Positions 41,124 to 50,755 of a DNA stretch of 64,000 bases are shown one piece after another. The translations under genes and the position numbers were made by a program. The DNA is from Aulosira sp. ZfuVER01. Lineage in GTDB: Bacteria > Cyanobacteriota > Cyanobacteriia > Cyanobacteriales > Nostocaceae. Where the stretch lies: positions 128,001-192,000 of the forward strand of contig JAVRCV020000025.1 in the NCBI GenBank assembly GCA_034530615.2. The letters are read 5' to 3'. Below the pieces are notes generated by a model. It worked only from the letters and a program-made list of their open reading frames with translations. It was not told the origin of the DNA and made no database searches. The stretch's first letter is position 1. The number at the start of each line of letters is the position of its first letter.

Positions 41124-41376
41124 AACACTGCTTGTGAAGGAAATGCTTTCTGTCTAGTTATTATGAGGAATCTGATTTGCTCCCGGCCAATACTCGCAAA
41201 GTAGGCGATTCGATTAGTGCCTAGATTCGCAAACATCAAATCTTATGCCTCTAGCAGAATTTAATCACCGAATTTTAGATTTTCAATTAAGAGAATTGAA
41301 AGTTCAAAATTTAAAATTTTAAAATGCCACAAAGCTAGCAAATCTACTTATGTAAAAAATCTAAAATCTAAAATTG

Positions 41377-42033
41377 TTAAATGCGTATGAAATTGCTTGG
41401 CACGTCAAACTTTGCAGTTTCTCCTGGAGAGTAGACTGCCCGATCTTCTGTATGACTAAGAACGATCGCGCCTGCACCAATAATATTTTCTTTACCGATA
41501 TTAATATAATTGCGGATAGTAGCATTCAAACCAATAAAAGTATATTCTCCTATGGTTGCTCCACCACCAATCACGACATCAGAGGTTAGAAAGCAATGAT
41601 CCTCGATCGTACAGTGATGACCGATATGATTTGCTCCTAAGAGCAGACAGTTGTTGCCAATCGAAGAGAAAGGTTGAATAATGCTATGTTCAAGAATGAA
41701 GGAGTTTTCGCCCAATTGCGTACCGTGATAAGATGCTTTAGAACTGATGTATGAAATACAGCTATAGCCACGCTTTTTGGCATTAAAATATTTTTCTGCT
41801 CGTAATTTGTTGACATTTTTATAACTAATTGCAATGAACAATTTGTACTCAGAAGGTGGATAATACTTCTCAAGTTTCTCATAAGGGACAAGTGGTAGAC
41901 CATTGAAGCTCTCTGCTTGAAGGTAAGCTTCATCAACAGTAAATCCAACTACCTCATGTTCAGAATCATGTTTGAGATAGTAGTGAACTATTTCTGCAAT
42001 CTCACTAGTTCCAAAAATAACAACTTGCGCCAT
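41377..42033 (-). CDS. Acetyl/acyltransferase, NeuD/PglD family (left-handed beta-helix)
   Basis: VIFGTS, IQPF..IGNN, HIGHH..IEDHCF, IGAGA; start at MAQVV (42033). Confidence 0.88.
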   Translation of the reverse strand: MAQVVIFGTSEIAEIVHYYLKHDSEHEVVGFTVDEAYLQAESFNGLPLVPYEKLEKYYPPSEYKLFIAISYKNVNKLRAEKYFNAKKRGYSCISYISSKASYHGTQLGENSFILEHSIIQPFSSIGNNCLLLGANHIGHHCTIEDHCFLTSDVVIGGGATIGEYTFIGLNATIRNYINIGKENIIGAGAIVLSHTEDRAVYSPGETAKFDVPSNFIRI

Positions 42034-42047
42034 AAGACAATTTTCTC

Positions 42048-43061
42048 CTACTGTTGATGAACGATTAAGCGATCGCACTTGGAACTTATAACGTTAGCTG
42101 CGAACATCTGCCAACTTGGCTCTGGTTCTACACCATTAGCCCAAGCTATTAACATTGCTGGCAGATTTGCTCCAGCACAATGTGAAAATGGATATCCTCC
42201 ACCAAAGCGGGGGTTCATTTCTAGAACATAGCAACCTCTAGAATTGACAATTACATCACAGTCAAGATTGCCAATATGACTGAGTTTACGGGCTATTTCT
42301 TGACCAATATTTTGAAGTTTTTGCTCTGCGACTGTGACTGCGCGATCGGTCTCTCCCGCACGCATACCCAGTTTACGTTTCACAAAAGTTGTCACATATT
42401 CGCCATCCAAATTATTAATGATATCTAGACCGTATTCTTCACCTAATACTCGCTCTTGGATTAGAATACAATTCTCGATATCACATGCACTAACATCCGC
42501 GAGAATTGTGCGACATATTTTTTTCTGTACATACCGATATGCTAATTCTAATTCTTCATCATCTTCGGGATATTCAATTCCAATTGAGGCGCTTCCCCAG
42601 CGAGGTTTGACTACTAAAGGAAAAGTTATTTCTCCTTGTTGAATAGCTTCTTGTACTGCTCTGACAGAAAGATAAGTTTTTGGAGAAGAAAGACCGATAT
42701 TCTCTAAAAATTGAAATGTGGCAAACTTATCAAAACAGATATTGATAACTTCTGGAGAGGAAACAACTGGAATAGTGCCGATTGTCAGAAAGCGATCGCG
42801 TTGTTCTGCTAGGTACGGTAATTCTAAATCGTTCAACGGAATTAACAAGCGTACCTGTTTTTGCTGACAGATATCCAACAAGTTATCGAAATAATCGCTG
42901 TGATGGATAGGCGGTAACAAAAAATATTCATCTGCTTCTTGTAACGCTGGTGCTTCCAGATTAGAATCAGTAGCAAACACTTGTCCTCGATTTCCTAGCG
43001 CTTCTTGGAAGAATTTCACTAGATAGTTGCGTCTTCCCGCACAAGTCAATATGACATTCAT
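42048..43061 (-). CDS. ATP-grasp ligase (carbamoyl-phosphate synthase-like/PylC-like)
   Basis: TCAGRR, CFDK, VKPRWGSAS, IQE...EY, LEMNPRFGGGYP. Confidence 0.9.
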   Translation of the reverse strand: MNVILTCAGRRNYLVKFFQEALGNRGQVFATDSNLEAPALQEADEYFLLPPIHHSDYFDNLLDICQQKQVRLLIPLNDLELPYLAEQRDRFLTIGTIPVVSSPEVINICFDKFATFQFLENIGLSSPKTYLSVRAVQEAIQQGEITFPLVVKPRWGSASIGIEYPEDDEELELAYRYVQKKICRTILADVSACDIENCILIQERVLGEEYGLDIINNLDGEYVTTFVKRKLGMRAGETDRAVTVAEQKLQNIGQEIARKLSHIGNLDCDVIVNSRGCYVLEMNPRFGGGYPFSHCAGANLPAMLIAWANGVEPEPSWQMFAANVISSKCDRLIVHQQ

Positions 43062-43076
43062 ATCAGGTTTTACCTC

Positions 43077-44315
43077 TTAGAGGACATAAGTAGAAAACAC
43101 ATCCTGAGAAGTTTCTCGCCGTCTGATTAGTGTGTACTCGTCCTGGATATAGTCGTAGCTAATAATGGGGGGATTGGGGCGAATAAATGGTGGTTTAAAG
43201 ACGACAGTATAAGCACCCATATTCTCAAAAACTATATAATCTCCTATACCTATTTCCCCAGGATATTCTTTGTATAAACAATCATGTTCCATACAAGTAT
43301 ATCCAACTATATCGATACTTCCTGAGAGTTTTTTGTGGTTGGTAATTTCTTCATTTTTGTAAACTTTTAAAGACAGAGTTTTATCAGTTCCGGTTGGTTT
43401 GATGTTGTGAATACTACCCACTACTAGAGCAATTTGGCGCGATCGCACTGTTTTTAAACCTACAACTTTAGCTGCAAATTTCAACACATCGGAAACTACA
43501 GCTACTCCTGGCTCAATAATCAGTTCTGGGACAGAATTGGGATATCTACTTTTTAATTGTGGTGCAACTGCTGCGGCGTATTCCTGATAATTAGGAATAT
43601 AAAAATCAAATTGATTTCTTAAATCGTCAGTCATCTTGCCAAAGAAACCACCACCGATATCAAGAAATCTTGGCTGTTTATCCTGGAAATAATAATCAGT
43701 TAATTCCAAAATTTTCTGAGTACGGCGAGAGTATGATTCGGTGCTTCTTTCGGATGTAGAAATGTGGCAATGTAGTCCAGCAACAGTACAATTATTTAAT
43801 TGTGTCAAGGTTTTGAATGCGCGATCGAGTTCGCCTGCTTCGACATCAAAGCCAAATCGAGATATCCGGCTGTTCCCGATATCAAAATTACACCTCAATC
43901 CTACAGCTATGTTCTGTTCTGGTAATCTTTTTGCCAAAGCTGTAACTATTTCAACTTCTTCTAAACAATCCAAGTTGACTATAGAACCAGCCAAGATGGC
44001 TTTTTCGATATCTTGCTGATGCTTCAGCGGGCCATTAAAAATAATTCTGGTTGGTGGTACGCCGATCGCGATCGCTAAATCATACTCCATTTGGGAAACA
44101 ACTTCGGCATACCCTCCCATAGAATGCACTGTTTGGCATATCTTGGGAATATAGTTAGTTTTGTAAGAATATCCCAAGTTGGTATTGGGATAAATTGAAC
44201 GGAAACTCTGGAGAAACTCTTTATAGTTATGTTCAAATTGTCTGAGATCCAGAATAAAAAAAGAATCTCCGTATTCTTTTTCTAAGTGATGCAGTGTTTG
44301 CCAAGAAAGTGCCAT
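43077..44315 (-). CDS. PLP-dependent fold-type III decarboxylase (LysA/BtrK-like)
   Basis: YSYKTN (PLP lysine), FNGPLK, SRFG, GLHCH, DIGGGF, IEPG, CMEHD, GAYT. Confidence 0.9.
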   Translation of the reverse strand: MALSWQTLHHLEKEYGDSFFILDLRQFEHNYKEFLQSFRSIYPNTNLGYSYKTNYIPKICQTVHSMGGYAEVVSQMEYDLAIAIGVPPTRIIFNGPLKHQQDIEKAILAGSIVNLDCLEEVEIVTALAKRLPEQNIAVGLRCNFDIGNSRISRFGFDVEAGELDRAFKTLTQLNNCTVAGLHCHISTSERSTESYSRRTQKILELTDYYFQDKQPRFLDIGGGFFGKMTDDLRNQFDFYIPNYQEYAAAVAPQLKSRYPNSVPELIIEPGVAVVSDVLKFAAKVVGLKTVRSRQIALVVGSIHNIKPTGTDKTLSLKVYKNEEITNHKKLSGSIDIVGYTCMEHDCLYKEYPGEIGIGDYIVFENMGAYTVVFKPPFIRPNPPIISYDYIQDEYTLIRRRETSQDVFSTYVL

Positions 44316-44381
44316 TTTTTAACTGTTTTTTACTAAAGACAACCCATCTTCATCAAAAGCATCCAGCGAAATCTTTGGCTT

Positions 44382-45407
44382 TTATACAGTTGCCATACTC
44401 TTGATTTCCTCCAGAGCATCAAACTTTGCTGCCATGAAGTTTGGTCGAACTTTCAGCCAATTTGGATCGGCTTCTTTACCACTTGCCCAAGCAATTAGTG
44501 CGGCGGGTAGATTAGCTCCTGCTTGATGAGAAAAAGGATAGCCTCCACCCAAACGCGGATTCATATCTATGACAAAACAACCGTCTGCTGTTACAATTAC
44601 ATCGCAGTCGAGGCTACTAATATGACCAAGCTGCTGACCAATAGATGCACCTAAATCTTTTAACCGTTTATCATCAACTACGATCGCAGCATCTGTACTA
44701 CCAGCTAGCATAGAAAGCTTACGTTTAGCAAAAGTAGTTATATAAGAACCTGTTAAGTTATTAATGATATCAAGACTGTACTCTTGTCCATACAGCTTTT
44801 CTTGAATGAGAACGCATCTTTGAGGATCTTTTGCACTTACGTCTGCCAAGGATGTGCCAAAAATAAGCTTTTTAGCAAACTGATAGGCCATCTCCATTTC
44901 CTCATCGTCCTGAACGGAGAAAATACCAACTGAAGCACTTCCCCACCGAGGTTTAATAACTAAAGGGAATTTAATCTCTCCTTGGCTAAGTGCTTGCCGT
45001 GCGTCTGACAATGAAATATAGGTTTTTGGGACTGAAATACCCCAGTTTGTTAATAATTCAAAGGTTGCCCACTTGTCAAAGCAAGTATCGATTACTTCTG
45101 GAGATGAAATGACTGGAAAAGTCCCAACTTCGAGAAAGCGATCGCGCTGTCTTGCCAACAAGGGAAGTTCGAGATCGAGCAAAGGAATTAACAGACGTAC
45201 CTGATGTTGCTTACATATATTGACAATTATGTCAAAATAATCGCTATGTTTAACAGACGGTACAACAAAACCCTTGTCAGCTTTTTGTAGTGCTGCTGCA
45301 TTGGGATTAGCATCACAAGCCAGCACATATCCATTTTTAGCAAGTGCATCTTTGAAAAAGTTAATTAAGTCAATCCGACGACCGGCACAGGTAATTACGA
45401 TATTCAT
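44382..45407 (-). CDS. ATP-grasp ligase, paralog of 42048-43061
   Basis: TCAGRR, CFDK, IKPRWGSAS, IDMNPRLGGGYPFSH. Confidence 0.9.
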   Translation of the reverse strand: MNIVITCAGRRIDLINFFKDALAKNGYVLACDANPNAAALQKADKGFVVPSVKHSDYFDIIVNICKQHQVRLLIPLLDLELPLLARQRDRFLEVGTFPVISSPEVIDTCFDKWATFELLTNWGISVPKTYISLSDARQALSQGEIKFPLVIKPRWGSASVGIFSVQDDEEMEMAYQFAKKLIFGTSLADVSAKDPQRCVLIQEKLYGQEYSLDIINNLTGSYITTFAKRKLSMLAGSTDAAIVVDDKRLKDLGASIGQQLGHISSLDCDVIVTADGCFVIDMNPRLGGGYPFSHQAGANLPAALIAWASGKEADPNWLKVRPNFMAAKFDALEEIKSMATV

Positions 45408-45645
45408 AATCGATAGCCCTTTTGCGAAAACTTTTTGGTTTACTGCTTTTTACCTTCTTTCATCACTTTGAGAAAAATTGATGATTTTACGTTACTGAGC
45501 TAACGAAAAATCAAGGTTTCAACCCAGTTGATGAAATAGGGGGTAAACCTCCAACATTGGTTAAATCAAAGTCTCATAATTTGGCTTCGATTATTATTTT
45601 TCGATAGTGACAAAATAGGGATATATTTTAAGTATTTTCTGGAGA

Positions 45646-46314
45646 CTAATTGCCCAGAAACTCTTCCATAGTGTCATGATTAGCTTGGCTAATCCCTTCT
45701 TTTTTAACTACTTTCCATGCCGTCAGGAAAAGTATTTTCAGGTCAAGCCACCAACTCCAATTATCGACATACCAAACATCTAGTTTAAATTTTTCTGGCC
45801 AAGAAATAGAATTGCGACCGTTAACTTGTGCCCAACCAGTAATCCCCGGCTTGACTTCATGACGGCGTGCTTGTTCAGGAGTGTAGCGCTCCAGATACCT
45901 GACCATTAAAGGACGCGGGCCAACGAAACTCATATCACCCTTGAGAACATTCCACAGTTGGGGAAGTTCATCCAAACTCGTTTTGCGCAGAAATTTACCG
46001 AAAGATGTTAGGCGTTTTGCATCAGGCAGAAGATTACCCTTGGCATCGCGCTCATCGGTCATAGTGCGAAACTTATAGAATTTGAAAATACGTCCGTTTT
46101 TACCAGGACGGGGTTGGGCGAAAATCACTGGACTACCCATACGGTAATAAATAGCGATCGCCACAAGCAACAGTACAGGAAAACATAAAATTAAAGCGAT
46201 CGCAGCTATGAACCTATCTAATATAGATTTGATTAATCTGCTTTGTTTGTTAGGGCAATTGCCATAAAATTTTTGAGTTTTCATAGATGTATCCACAGAT
46301 TGAAGATTTGTCAT
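45646..46314 (-). CDS. Undecaprenyl-phosphate sugar phosphotransferase (PglC/EpsL-like priming enzyme)
   Basis: [49 protein letters not shown]; exact start uncertain. Confidence 0.93.
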   Translation of the reverse strand: MTNLQSVDTSMKTQKFYGNCPNKQSRLIKSILDRFIAAIALILCFPVLLLVAIAIYYRMGSPVIFAQPRPGKNGRIFKFYKFRTMTDERDAKGNLLPDAKRLTSFGKFLRKTSLDELPQLWNVLKGDMSFVGPRPLMVRYLERYTPEQARRHEVKPGITGWAQVNGRNSISWPEKFKLDVWYVDNWSWWLDLKILFLTAWKVVKKEGISQANHDTMEEFLGN

Positions 46315-46401
46315 AACGCACGAGTCCAAAAAATTTCACAAAAACCACTATTTTTACTGCCTTGTATCTTTTGCGTAGCTGTTGTCTGAGCCAAGTCATA
46401 A

Positions 46402-47619
46402 TTACCTGGCTTCTTTCAGATTGGAAATCGGTTTGGGAACGGCCAACCCTTTCTCTAATAAAAGTCGTACATACTCTTGATAAAGCGCATCCCAAATCCT
46501 TTCTTGGTTAAAGCTCTGCACAACGCGAGAGTGCCCTGCTTGACCATGTTGCTGGCGTAACTCTTGGCTATTCAAATACATCCGAATTGCTGCTGTTAAT
46601 GCCTCTACATTACGCGGTGGTACTAGTGTTCCTGTGATGCCATCTTGTACAGCATCTATACAGCCTGGAATGGCTGTAGCTACAACTGGTAATTGCATTG
46701 CTGCCCCTTCTAAAGGTGTGTTTGGAAATCCCTCCCGATATGTTGGTAAGGTCAAGATATCCATAGCAGCATAGAAGGCTGGTGTATTGTTGCTGTCTCC
46801 AGTCAGATGGATGCGAGCATCGCTCTTCAGCCACTCTTCTACGTCTGACGGTACTGGATCTTGGGGTTCAAACGAACCAACCATTAGTAGATGGAGATTA
46901 GGAAATTCGTCCCTTAAGATTTTCCAGGCGTTGACCAATTCTGTAATGCCTTTATCACGAACGATACGACCAACAAAGCCAACTACTAAAGCATCAATAG
47001 GAATTCCGTATTTTTGGCGCGTTGCGTGACCGACATCTGCACCTACACGTATAGGATTAAATCGCTCTTTAGTATCTACACCATTGCTACTGCCTTCGAG
47101 CAAGACTTTGATTTTGCTTGGCGGGCAAAGATTTTCCGACACTGCTACTTCTCGTAGGGAATGGCTGACACAAAATACTTGGTGAGCCAACAGGCAAGAT
47201 ATTTTTTCGCTCCACCACAGCAGCCAGCGTTTGAAGCCCTTAGCAGTCATCAAAGGCAAGCCGCGCATCAAGTAAATCCGAATCGGTGAGCCTGCTAACC
47301 ATGAACTAACTATTCCCAACAGCCCTCCTTTAGGAGTGCTGGCATGAACTACCTGCGGGCGAATGTGACGCAAACACTGCCAGAGATGGAAAATGGCTAC
47401 TAAGTCTTGTAAGGGGGTAATTCGCCGAGGCATATCAACGGCGTATACCGTCACTTGTTCGCGTTCCGCAAATTTATGCAAGGCTTTTCCGGGAGAAGAT
47501 AGAGCATGTACTTCAAAGCCTTGCTGTTTCATATATCCAACCTGACCACTCAAGAAGCTAAGTGTTTCTGGTACGGTTGTGATGTAAAGCAGTTTTAATG
47601 CTGGTGCATAGTCAGGCAT
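46402..47619 (-). CDS. Glycosyltransferase family 4 (PglA-like)
   Basis: HASTPKGGLLG, GRIVRDKG, PTYREGFP..PLE, DGITG.LV. Confidence 0.92.
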   Translation of the reverse strand: MPDYAPALKLLYITTVPETLSFLSGQVGYMKQQGFEVHALSSPGKALHKFAEREQVTVYAVDMPRRITPLQDLVAIFHLWQCLRHIRPQVVHASTPKGGLLGIVSSWLAGSPIRIYLMRGLPLMTAKGFKRWLLWWSEKISCLLAHQVFCVSHSLREVAVSENLCPPSKIKVLLEGSSNGVDTKERFNPIRVGADVGHATRQKYGIPIDALVVGFVGRIVRDKGITELVNAWKILRDEFPNLHLLMVGSFEPQDPVPSDVEEWLKSDARIHLTGDSNNTPAFYAAMDILTLPTYREGFPNTPLEGAAMQLPVVATAIPGCIDAVQDGITGTLVPPRNVEALTAAIRMYLNSQELRQQHGQAGHSRVVQSFNQERIWDALYQEYVRLLLEKGLAVPKPISNLKEAR

Positions 47620-47654
47620 ATATTTGGGTTACTATTTATGTGGAAATTTAGCTG

Positions 47655-48665
47655 TTAGATTTGGTAGTAAGACCGATACCAAGCGACAAATCGCTCAACC
47701 CCATCTTCAATTGAAGTGCTAGGCTTAAATCCCACATCTTTTACTAAATCATCTACATCTGCATAAGTCGCAGGAACATCACCTAGTTGAATTGGTAACA
47801 TCTTCTTTTCAGCTTGTTTTCCTAAACAGCTTTCCAAGACTTCAATCAAGTGCATTAACTCCACTGGTTGATTGTTACCAATGTTGTAAATTTTATAGGG
47901 AGCTTTGCTAGTACCTGGGTCGGGAGCGTCTCCAGACCAGTTAGGATTTGCTTGGGGAATATTATCTGCTACACGAATCACACCTTCTACAATGTCATCA
48001 ATGTAGGTAAAGTCGCGTCGCATTTTGCCATAGTTAAAAACATCTATGGGTTGGCCTGCTAAAATCGCTTGGGTAAATATAAACAGCGCCATGTCTGGGC
48101 GACCCCACGGGCCGTAAACAGTAAAGAAACGCAACCCAGTTGTCGGCAAACCATATAAATGGCTGTAGGAGTGAGCCATCAGTTCGTTAGCTTTTTTAGT
48201 GACAGCATACAGACTGACGGGGTGATCTACATTGTCGTGAACAGAAAAGGGCATTTTGGTATTAGCACCATAGACAGAACTAGAAGATGCAAATACCAGG
48301 TGTTGTACGCCTGAGTGGCGACAACCTTCCAAAATGTTGATAAAGCCAACGAGGTTGCTGTCTACATAAGCATGGGGATTTTTCAGGGAGTAACGCACAC
48401 CAGCCTGAGCTGCTAGGTTGATGACAACATCAAATTTTTGCTGTGTAAATAATTGGGCTATGCCTTGGCGATCTGCTAAGTCTAGTTGATGAAAACTAAA
48501 ACCTGGTTTTCCCTCTAGCTGGGCTAAACGGTCTTTCTTGAGAAAGACATCGTAGTAATCATTCAGGTTATCTAACCCAACAACTTCGTCTCCTCTATTT
48601 AGCAAGCGTTGGCACACATGAAAGCCAATAAAGCCAGCAGCACCAGTAACTAAAAATCTGACCAT
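47655..48665 (-). CDS. NAD-dependent epimerase (UDP-glucuronate 4-epimerase-like)
   Basis: [42 protein letters not shown]. Confidence 0.93.
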   Translation of the reverse strand: MVRFLVTGAAGFIGFHVCQRLLNRGDEVVGLDNLNDYYDVFLKKDRLAQLEGKPGFSFHQLDLADRQGIAQLFTQQKFDVVINLAAQAGVRYSLKNPHAYVDSNLVGFINILEGCRHSGVQHLVFASSSSVYGANTKMPFSVHDNVDHPVSLYAVTKKANELMAHSYSHLYGLPTTGLRFFTVYGPWGRPDMALFIFTQAILAGQPIDVFNYGKMRRDFTYIDDIVEGVIRVADNIPQANPNWSGDAPDPGTSKAPYKIYNIGNNQPVELMHLIEVLESCLGKQAEKKMLPIQLGDVPATYADVDDLVKDVGFKPSTSIEDGVERFVAWYRSYYQI

Positions 48666-48674
48666 AAGATTTTC

Positions 48675-49955
48675 CTATAAGCTTGAGTAATAAATGTTTG
48701 CTGGCACAGTCGCAGGGTCAATCACAGATTTGACATCCATCAAAACTCCACCGGGACGAAGTTGACCAAGCAACTGTTGGTAAGGCATATCCAAATAGGC
48801 TTGATGAGGAACACCTAAGACAATCCCATCTAGATTAGTTAATTCCTGCCAGTCCGCAAGTTGAATCCCGTATTCATGTTGAGTTTCATGCCGATCAGCT
48901 AAGGGATCGTGGATGAGAGGATAAATCCCAAATTGCTGCAACTCGACAACGATATCTGGAATGCGGCTATTTCTGACATCGGGTACGTTTTCTTTAAAGG
49001 TTAATCCGAGAATTGCTATCCGTGCGCCTTTAATAGATTGGTCAGCTTTCACTAAAAGTTTCACAAGGCGTTGAGCAATATGAATTCCCATCAGGTCATT
49101 GATCCGACGACCAGCGAGCATAACTTCAGGATGATATCCTAATTCTTCTGCCTTGGTCGTGAGATAGTAAGGATCGACGCCAATGCAGTGACCACCGACT
49201 AGTCCTGGGGTAAAGGGCAAAAAGTTCCATTTGGTCTTTGCTGCTGCTAGAACATCATGGGTGCGGATACTTAGGCGATCGCAAATCAGGGCTAATTCAT
49301 TCATCAAAGCAATGTTTAAGTCCCGTTGGGTATTCTCAATTGCTTTGGCTGTCTCTGCTACCTTGATCGAAGAGGCGCGGTAAACACCGGCGTCCACAAT
49401 AGTTGCGTAAACTCTCGCTACCCTTTCTAAGGTTTCAGCATCTTCCCCAGCCACTACTTTGACAATTTTTTCCAATGTGTGATTTTTATCACCGGGATTA
49501 ATTCGTTCTGGAGAGTAGCCCAATTTGAAATCAACACCTTGCTTTAAACCGGATACTTTCTCCAAGGTCGGCCCGCAAATTTCCTCTGTCACCCCTGGAT
49601 AAACTGTGGATTCATACACCACTACTGCCCCAGGCTGTAATACTTTGCCAATCAGTTCCGATGCCTTCACTAGAAAGGATAGGTCTGGGCGATGGTTGCG
49701 ATCGACTGGCGTTGGTACAGCCACAACGAAAAAGTTAATATCTTCTAAATCGTAGAGATCGGCAGTGATCCTCAGATTAGTGTGCTTCAACTCATCGCTA
49801 GATACTTCCCCCGTAGTATCAATGCCTTGCTTCAGTCTTGTCACTTTTTCGATGTTGACATCAAACCCAACAGTGTGAGGGAATTTCTTAGCAAATGCTA
49901 AGGCAACAGGTAAGCCAACATAACCAAGACCAATAACTGCTATTTTTTCGCTCAT
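48675..49955 (-). CDS. UDP-N-acetylhexosamine 6-dehydrogenase (TviB/WbpO-like)
   Basis: GLGYVGLP, ESTVYPG, SPERINPGD, ENTQRD.NIA..NE, GLVGGHCIGVDPYYL, FKEN.PD.RNS. Confidence 0.93.
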   Translation of the reverse strand: MSEKIAVIGLGYVGLPVALAFAKKFPHTVGFDVNIEKVTRLKQGIDTTGEVSSDELKHTNLRITADLYDLEDINFFVVAVPTPVDRNHRPDLSFLVKASELIGKVLQPGAVVVYESTVYPGVTEEICGPTLEKVSGLKQGVDFKLGYSPERINPGDKNHTLEKIVKVVAGEDAETLERVARVYATIVDAGVYRASSIKVAETAKAIENTQRDLNIALMNELALICDRLSIRTHDVLAAAKTKWNFLPFTPGLVGGHCIGVDPYYLTTKAEELGYHPEVMLAGRRINDLMGIHIAQRLVKLLVKADQSIKGARIAILGLTFKENVPDVRNSRIPDIVVELQQFGIYPLIHDPLADRHETQHEYGIQLADWQELTNLDGIVLGVPHQAYLDMPYQQLLGQLRPGGVLMDVKSVIDPATVPANIYYSSL

Positions 49956-50129
49956 ATATTTCCTCACAAATCACTAAGTTATTTAACATTTTTCATAAAT
50001 GAAAAATGTATTACAAAAAAATTAAAGTATGATTGAAATTGCCTTGGGCACTGCGCCAATCAAAATCTAGAAACCACTCAAATATTCATTTCTATTCAGA
50101 GTGGACTATTATAAAAATGAGCTAATCGC

Positions 50130-50354
50130 CTACTTCCTCTGCATCAAAGGAATATCAGTTCTTGACCGCGCCAGATGATTGCGTTGATATTCTGGCTGTA
50201 AACAAAAGCGCCAATAGTCATTTCCATCATCACTAACGTCAAAGAGACGATGGTGTAAAACTGCCTCAGCACCGTCAAGGCTACAAATAACACCAGTAAT
50301 ATCCTGAAATACTTCTAAGATTAATATGTCTTCATTCGTGGTAGATGCTTGCAT
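50130..50354 (-). CDS. Small hypothetical protein
   Basis: 74 aa ORF co-oriented with the cluster, AAGGA upstream; no motif recognised. Confidence 0.35.
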   Translation of the reverse strand: MQASTTNEDILILEVFQDITGVICSLDGAEAVLHHRLFDVSDDGNDYWRFCLQPEYQRNHLARSRTDIPLMQRK

Positions 50355-50755
50355 ACGTCTTGGCTATCCTTTGCTGCTGTTGTTGGTTTGGAAGTCTGTT
50401 GTGATTACCCTGATACTCTGTTTTTATCTTGCATAACCAGGCTCAAATTTGTAATACTTACGCATTGGCTGGATTTTTTAATATAGACTTTGAATTTTAT
50501 AGTTAACATTTCGAGTCATAATAGATTTTTGATTTCGAGATATTTCTTTACAATCTTGATGAATTAGCACTTAAATTTAAGTGACGAAACTATTAAAATT
50601 AACAGCAAGATTTAGTAATTGTTATTTTAGTTGTTCATGATTTAACCTAGCTAGCAGTTTCTTAAAAATTTTGCAAAGATATCATATTTTTTCCTCATAC
50701 AAATTTAACAAATTTTGGTACCATAATAATTTCCTTAACTTCCTGCTGTTGAGGT

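Noticed and set aside
42048..45407. ATP-grasp pair as microviridin/graspetide RiPP machinery
   Set aside because: No precursor peptide with a PFFARFL leader or TxKYPSD core was seen, and the enzymes resemble CPS-like ligases found in sugar clusters.
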